The position numbers were made by a program, and so were the translations under genes. From Felis catus (taxonomy: Eukaryota), in contig NC_058368.1 of assembly GCF_018350175.1 (NCBI RefSeq), positions 145,144,001 through 145,208,000 of the forward strand: a DNA stretch of 64,000 nt. Direction: 5' to 3'. Shown here piece after piece: positions 60,674 to 64,000 of this stretch (position 1 is the stretch's first letter; each line of letters opens with the position of its first letter). The notes below the pieces were generated by a model, which had not been told where the DNA came from, did no database searches, and worked only from the letters and a program-made list of their open reading frames with translations.

Positions 60674-61481
60674 TAATAATATTATTTTAAAGAATTAAGG
60701 TGAGGCTCTTAAAAGCTCAAGCCAAAGATCCTTCTGATTTGGGTGCAAATGCAAAGATCTTTACATTCTTCATCATAAGCACTCAGTGTAGTAGGGTCCC
60801 TTGGGAGCAAAGAGAAGTCTAGAGAGAACCAGGATCTCCCCTGAATCAATCAGAAGCCCTTTGAGGAGTCCTAGAACCACCTGTCTCTAATTAATCTTTT
60901 CTACTGTATTCCCTCAGCACTTACACACTCATAATTATATTTATGATTGTAATTGTATTATATTACAGTTCAGATCCCCTTACAATAAATATCATCATAA
61001 TGAAAACCTCACTATTATAAAAAGATTTCCCAGCCTTAGCCAGTAACTTACTTATTTCAAGCATACACAATACAATTCTAGTGAAATAAATAATTTGGAG
61101 GTTCCTTCAATTCTGTAGTAATGGAATTTGACCTTATAACTATAACTGTTGTGTAAAGGTGTATGGGCTCTTCCGCTGGATGTCAGATCCTTAACAAAAT
61201 AGTCTACAACACAAAGCTTTATACATCGTAGATGTTTAATAAACACTAGAACAAGTGAATAATTTGCAATAGAATTAGATGTGAAATATAATCTAATTGT
61301 CCTAATATATAGCAATGGCACCATTAGAATTGTTGAACTGCAATTAACATGGCCTTTATCCTTCATCACCATTTTTTATCATCATTTGAAGGAATCAAGT
61401 GTGAAACTGAAGCCTATCTTGTGAAATCATCTAGCCTCTTTTGTTCATCCCTGATGCTTTCTTCAAAAAACAACCAGCTTA

Positions 61482-61697
61482 GGGATGCCTAGGTGGCTTA
61501 GTAATTAAAGTGTCCTACTCTTGATTTCAGCTCAGGTCATGATCTCATGGTGCATGAAGTTGGAGCACACATTGGACTCCACGCTGAGTGTATGGAGCCT
61601 ACTTGGGATTCTCTCTCCTCTCTCTGCCCTTCCCCCACTTGAGCTAGAGCTCTCTCTCTCTCTCTCTCTCAAAATAAGTAAATAAATAAAACTTTTT
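61482..61697 (+). mobile_element. Can-SINE (older)
   Basis: GGGATGCCTAGGTGGCTTAG head; imperfect TSD AAAAA(A/G)CAACCA(G/A)CTTA. Confidence 0.9.
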
Positions 61698-61951
61698 AAA
61701 AAAGCAACCAACTTAATATCAACCAATAACAGAAAGGTTATTTGTGCCAACATGATGCTGACTGCAATGGCATAACTGGCTGATACTCTTCTGGCCTGGG
61801 ATATTTATGTTTCCCTATAAAAGTATCATTGATATAAATCCTTCATTACAAGTGGAAAACAATTCTACATGGATACCAGTGGTCCATAGTATCATTTTTA
61901 TATGTAAAACATGGCATATATTTGTCTACTCTTTCAAAAATCCACATTTTA

Positions 61952-62295
61952 GGGGCGCCTGGGTAGCTCAGTCGGTTAAGCATATGACTTTGGCTCAGGT
62001 CATGATCTCACGGTTCATGAGTTCGAGCCCTGCCTCGGGCTCTGTGCTGACAGCTCAGAGCCTGGAGCCTGCTTCAGATTCTGTGTCTCCCTCTCTCTCT
62101 GCCCCTCCCCAACTTGTGCTCTCTCTCTCTCTCTCTCTCTCTCTCAAAAATAAACATTAAAAAAATTTTTTTTTTAAATCCACATTTTAGGGGCACTGGG
62201 CTGGCTTAGTCAGTAGAGCTTAGAACTCTTGATCTTGGGGTTTTAAGTTCGAGCCCAACATTAGGTATAGAGATTACTTTAAAAACTTCTTTAAA
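61952..62295 (+). mobile_element. Two tandem Can-SINEs (61952-62175 felid type; 62190-62295 short, old type lacking the CT tract)
   Basis: Two heads (GGGGCGCCTGGG and GGGGCACTGGG) separated and flanked by AAATCCACAT(T/C)TTA. Confidence 0.92.
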
Positions 62296-63429
62296 AAATC
62301 CACATCTTAAAAAAAGATAGTGTCATTTAATTTTGAAAAAATAAGAGAAGCAAAAAGAAATTCTTTTTTTTCCTTTTTTTGTTTGTTTGTTTTTTACCAT
62401 ATATGAGTGGGATCACTGAAATAAGGAAGCAATATGAGTCTTAATGTGTCTACCTCTACTTGATAAGAAAAGACAATATTAGCAGGTAATGGAAATGGGG
62501 GACTAGAGTGTTATCCTATGGAAGGATGTTTTTCTGGGTGTATGTTATACATACTCAGGAAGAAAAGTAATTCAATGTTTGAAAAGAGAAGAAATGTGTA
62601 GACTCTATACTTCAAAATCATTCCTTTCATCGTTGGAAGTGGAGAAGACATCTAAATAAAAAGGATTATGCCCGTAATTTGTATCAATGAACTTAACTTT
62701 AATATACAAACTAAAGTGACCTGAGAGCAAATCCCTGTAGTCAGAAATCTGGATTTTTGGGGTTCTTTTTTTTGCACCAGCAACTTATGTAAAGGTAAAT
62801 AGATAGTAAGCAAAAATGTTGTTTTTCCATCAGATCTAGTGGTAATAGTTGCACAACCTTGAGGATATACTAATAACCACTGAATTATATTTTTTAAAAT
62901 AGTTTTATGGCATGTGAGTTATATGTAAAAGAAGAAGGGAATCACTGAGTCTTTTACACGTAGGCCCAACACTATGCATGAGCAGGAATAGTCACCCGTT
63001 CCAGACTGCCCCTGAGGGAGCCTGGCTGGTTTTGAGAGAAGCTGTGTGTTCTCAAAATCAATCAGTAGATAGACCAGCAAACAAGGGGATAAACTTGTCA
63101 TTTGTCTGAGTTCAAGTGTGTATTACACTCAGAGCTTTTGGCACTGTGCCTAAAAACCAACCCATTTCCTGAGCTATAAAGGCAAATATAACCTTTGAGT
63201 CTATGGCACAGGTTCAAGCCCACAGTGAGACCTGTGAACAGAAGAGTGAATGGACGGAGTCGAGGGTTCTAGCAAATGATATATTACTAAAAAATCACCT
63301 AGTTTTGAGCACGAAACAGAGCTAAGTGGGCATTTGATTCTTATAGGCACATTTTATAGATGACAGCTTGAGACAGTGAACCTAACCCCTTAATCACCAC
63401 CGCAAGAATCACTGCAACAAACAATAAAA

Positions 63430-63640
63430 GGTAACCTCTGGAGACAGACTTCCTCAAAATCCCAGCTCTTCTAGTTAGTAACTGCATAACTTTAGGCAAG
63501 TTATATATCCTTTCTGAGCCAATGTTCCTTGTTAGTAAAACAGGGATGCTGGTACTACTGGTGTGTAGCTCATGGGACTGTTCTGAATATTAAGTGACAA
63601 AATACAAACATCATACTTGGCACCAAGTAAAGTTGAACAT
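63430..63640 (+). mobile_element. MIR SINE
   Basis: AATCCCAGCTCT...TAGTAACTGCATAACTTTAGGCAAGTTA...TTTCTGAGCC...GTAAAACAGGGAT. Confidence 0.78.
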
Positions 63641-64000
63641 TATTATTCCTTTTAACAGCTCTTTGTTGACAAATTAAAATTTGACATCCATTTCTTCAAA
63701 ACTATTTTTTTACATGCCCAAATCTCTCTTAATAGAGTCAATTTTTTATTATATTTCTCTCATTAGAAGGGAGAAGCTTTCTCTTTTAAAGAGATAAATT
63801 AATGATCGTGCAAACTTCATTCTTCAGTGTTTTTGTAGGATTTGGGGATTTTGTAGATCATTCAAGAAATAACACCAAAATTAGATTAAGGCTCCTAACG
63901 TTGTTTCTATAGTTGATAATTTTCTTCAGAGTTGAAATTTTTATAATAATTTATTCAAGGAAGTTATCATCTGGGTTCTAAAATTCCTTCAGATTCATAC

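Noticed and set aside
2593..62160. Recurrent similar peptides (e.g. AQSVK...SAQVMIS...SLEPASDSVSPSLSAPP) resembling a gene family or repeat array
   Set aside because: All are translations of dispersed Can-SINE copies. They are not a protein family, and not a CRISPR-like array because there is no regular repeat-spacer periodicity.
1..64000. A novel multi-gene or prokaryote-like system
   Set aside because: The window is explained by one known first exon, its promoter and common mammalian repeats. There is no operon-like ORF cluster, array, intact ERV, NUMT or processed pseudogene that I could recognise.

Overview
This is mammalian genomic DNA from a carnivore, almost certainly a felid, judged from the many tRNA-derived Can-SINEs with feliform-type 5' ends. 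The only protein-coding sequence I can support is the first coding exon of SSBP2 on the minus strand (18889->18828, [21 protein letters not shown], followed by a GTAAGT donor). It sits in a ~2.2 kb CpG-island promoter (~17620-19900). Positions 1-18827 are the 5' part of SSBP2 intron 1; I did not find exon 2. Positions ~20000-64000 are upstream intergenic DNA made of Can-SINEs, MIR, L2, old L1, MaLR/ERVL LTRs, hAT MITEs and microsatellites. I see no evidence of a novel multi-gene system, and the long ORFs in the track are GC-richness or repeat artefacts. The most interesting signals are around the SSBP2 start: a strong-Kozak upstream AUG in frame with the CDS and blocked by a single UGA, an overlapping stop/start mini-uORF, a near-pure polypyrimidine promoter tract resembling the element on which SSDP proteins were first isolated, and a Z-DNA/CA-rich tract behind the first donor. 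Several SINE insertions also have unusual architectures. Repeat family names come from my recollection of the consensus sequences, and their boundaries are approximate.
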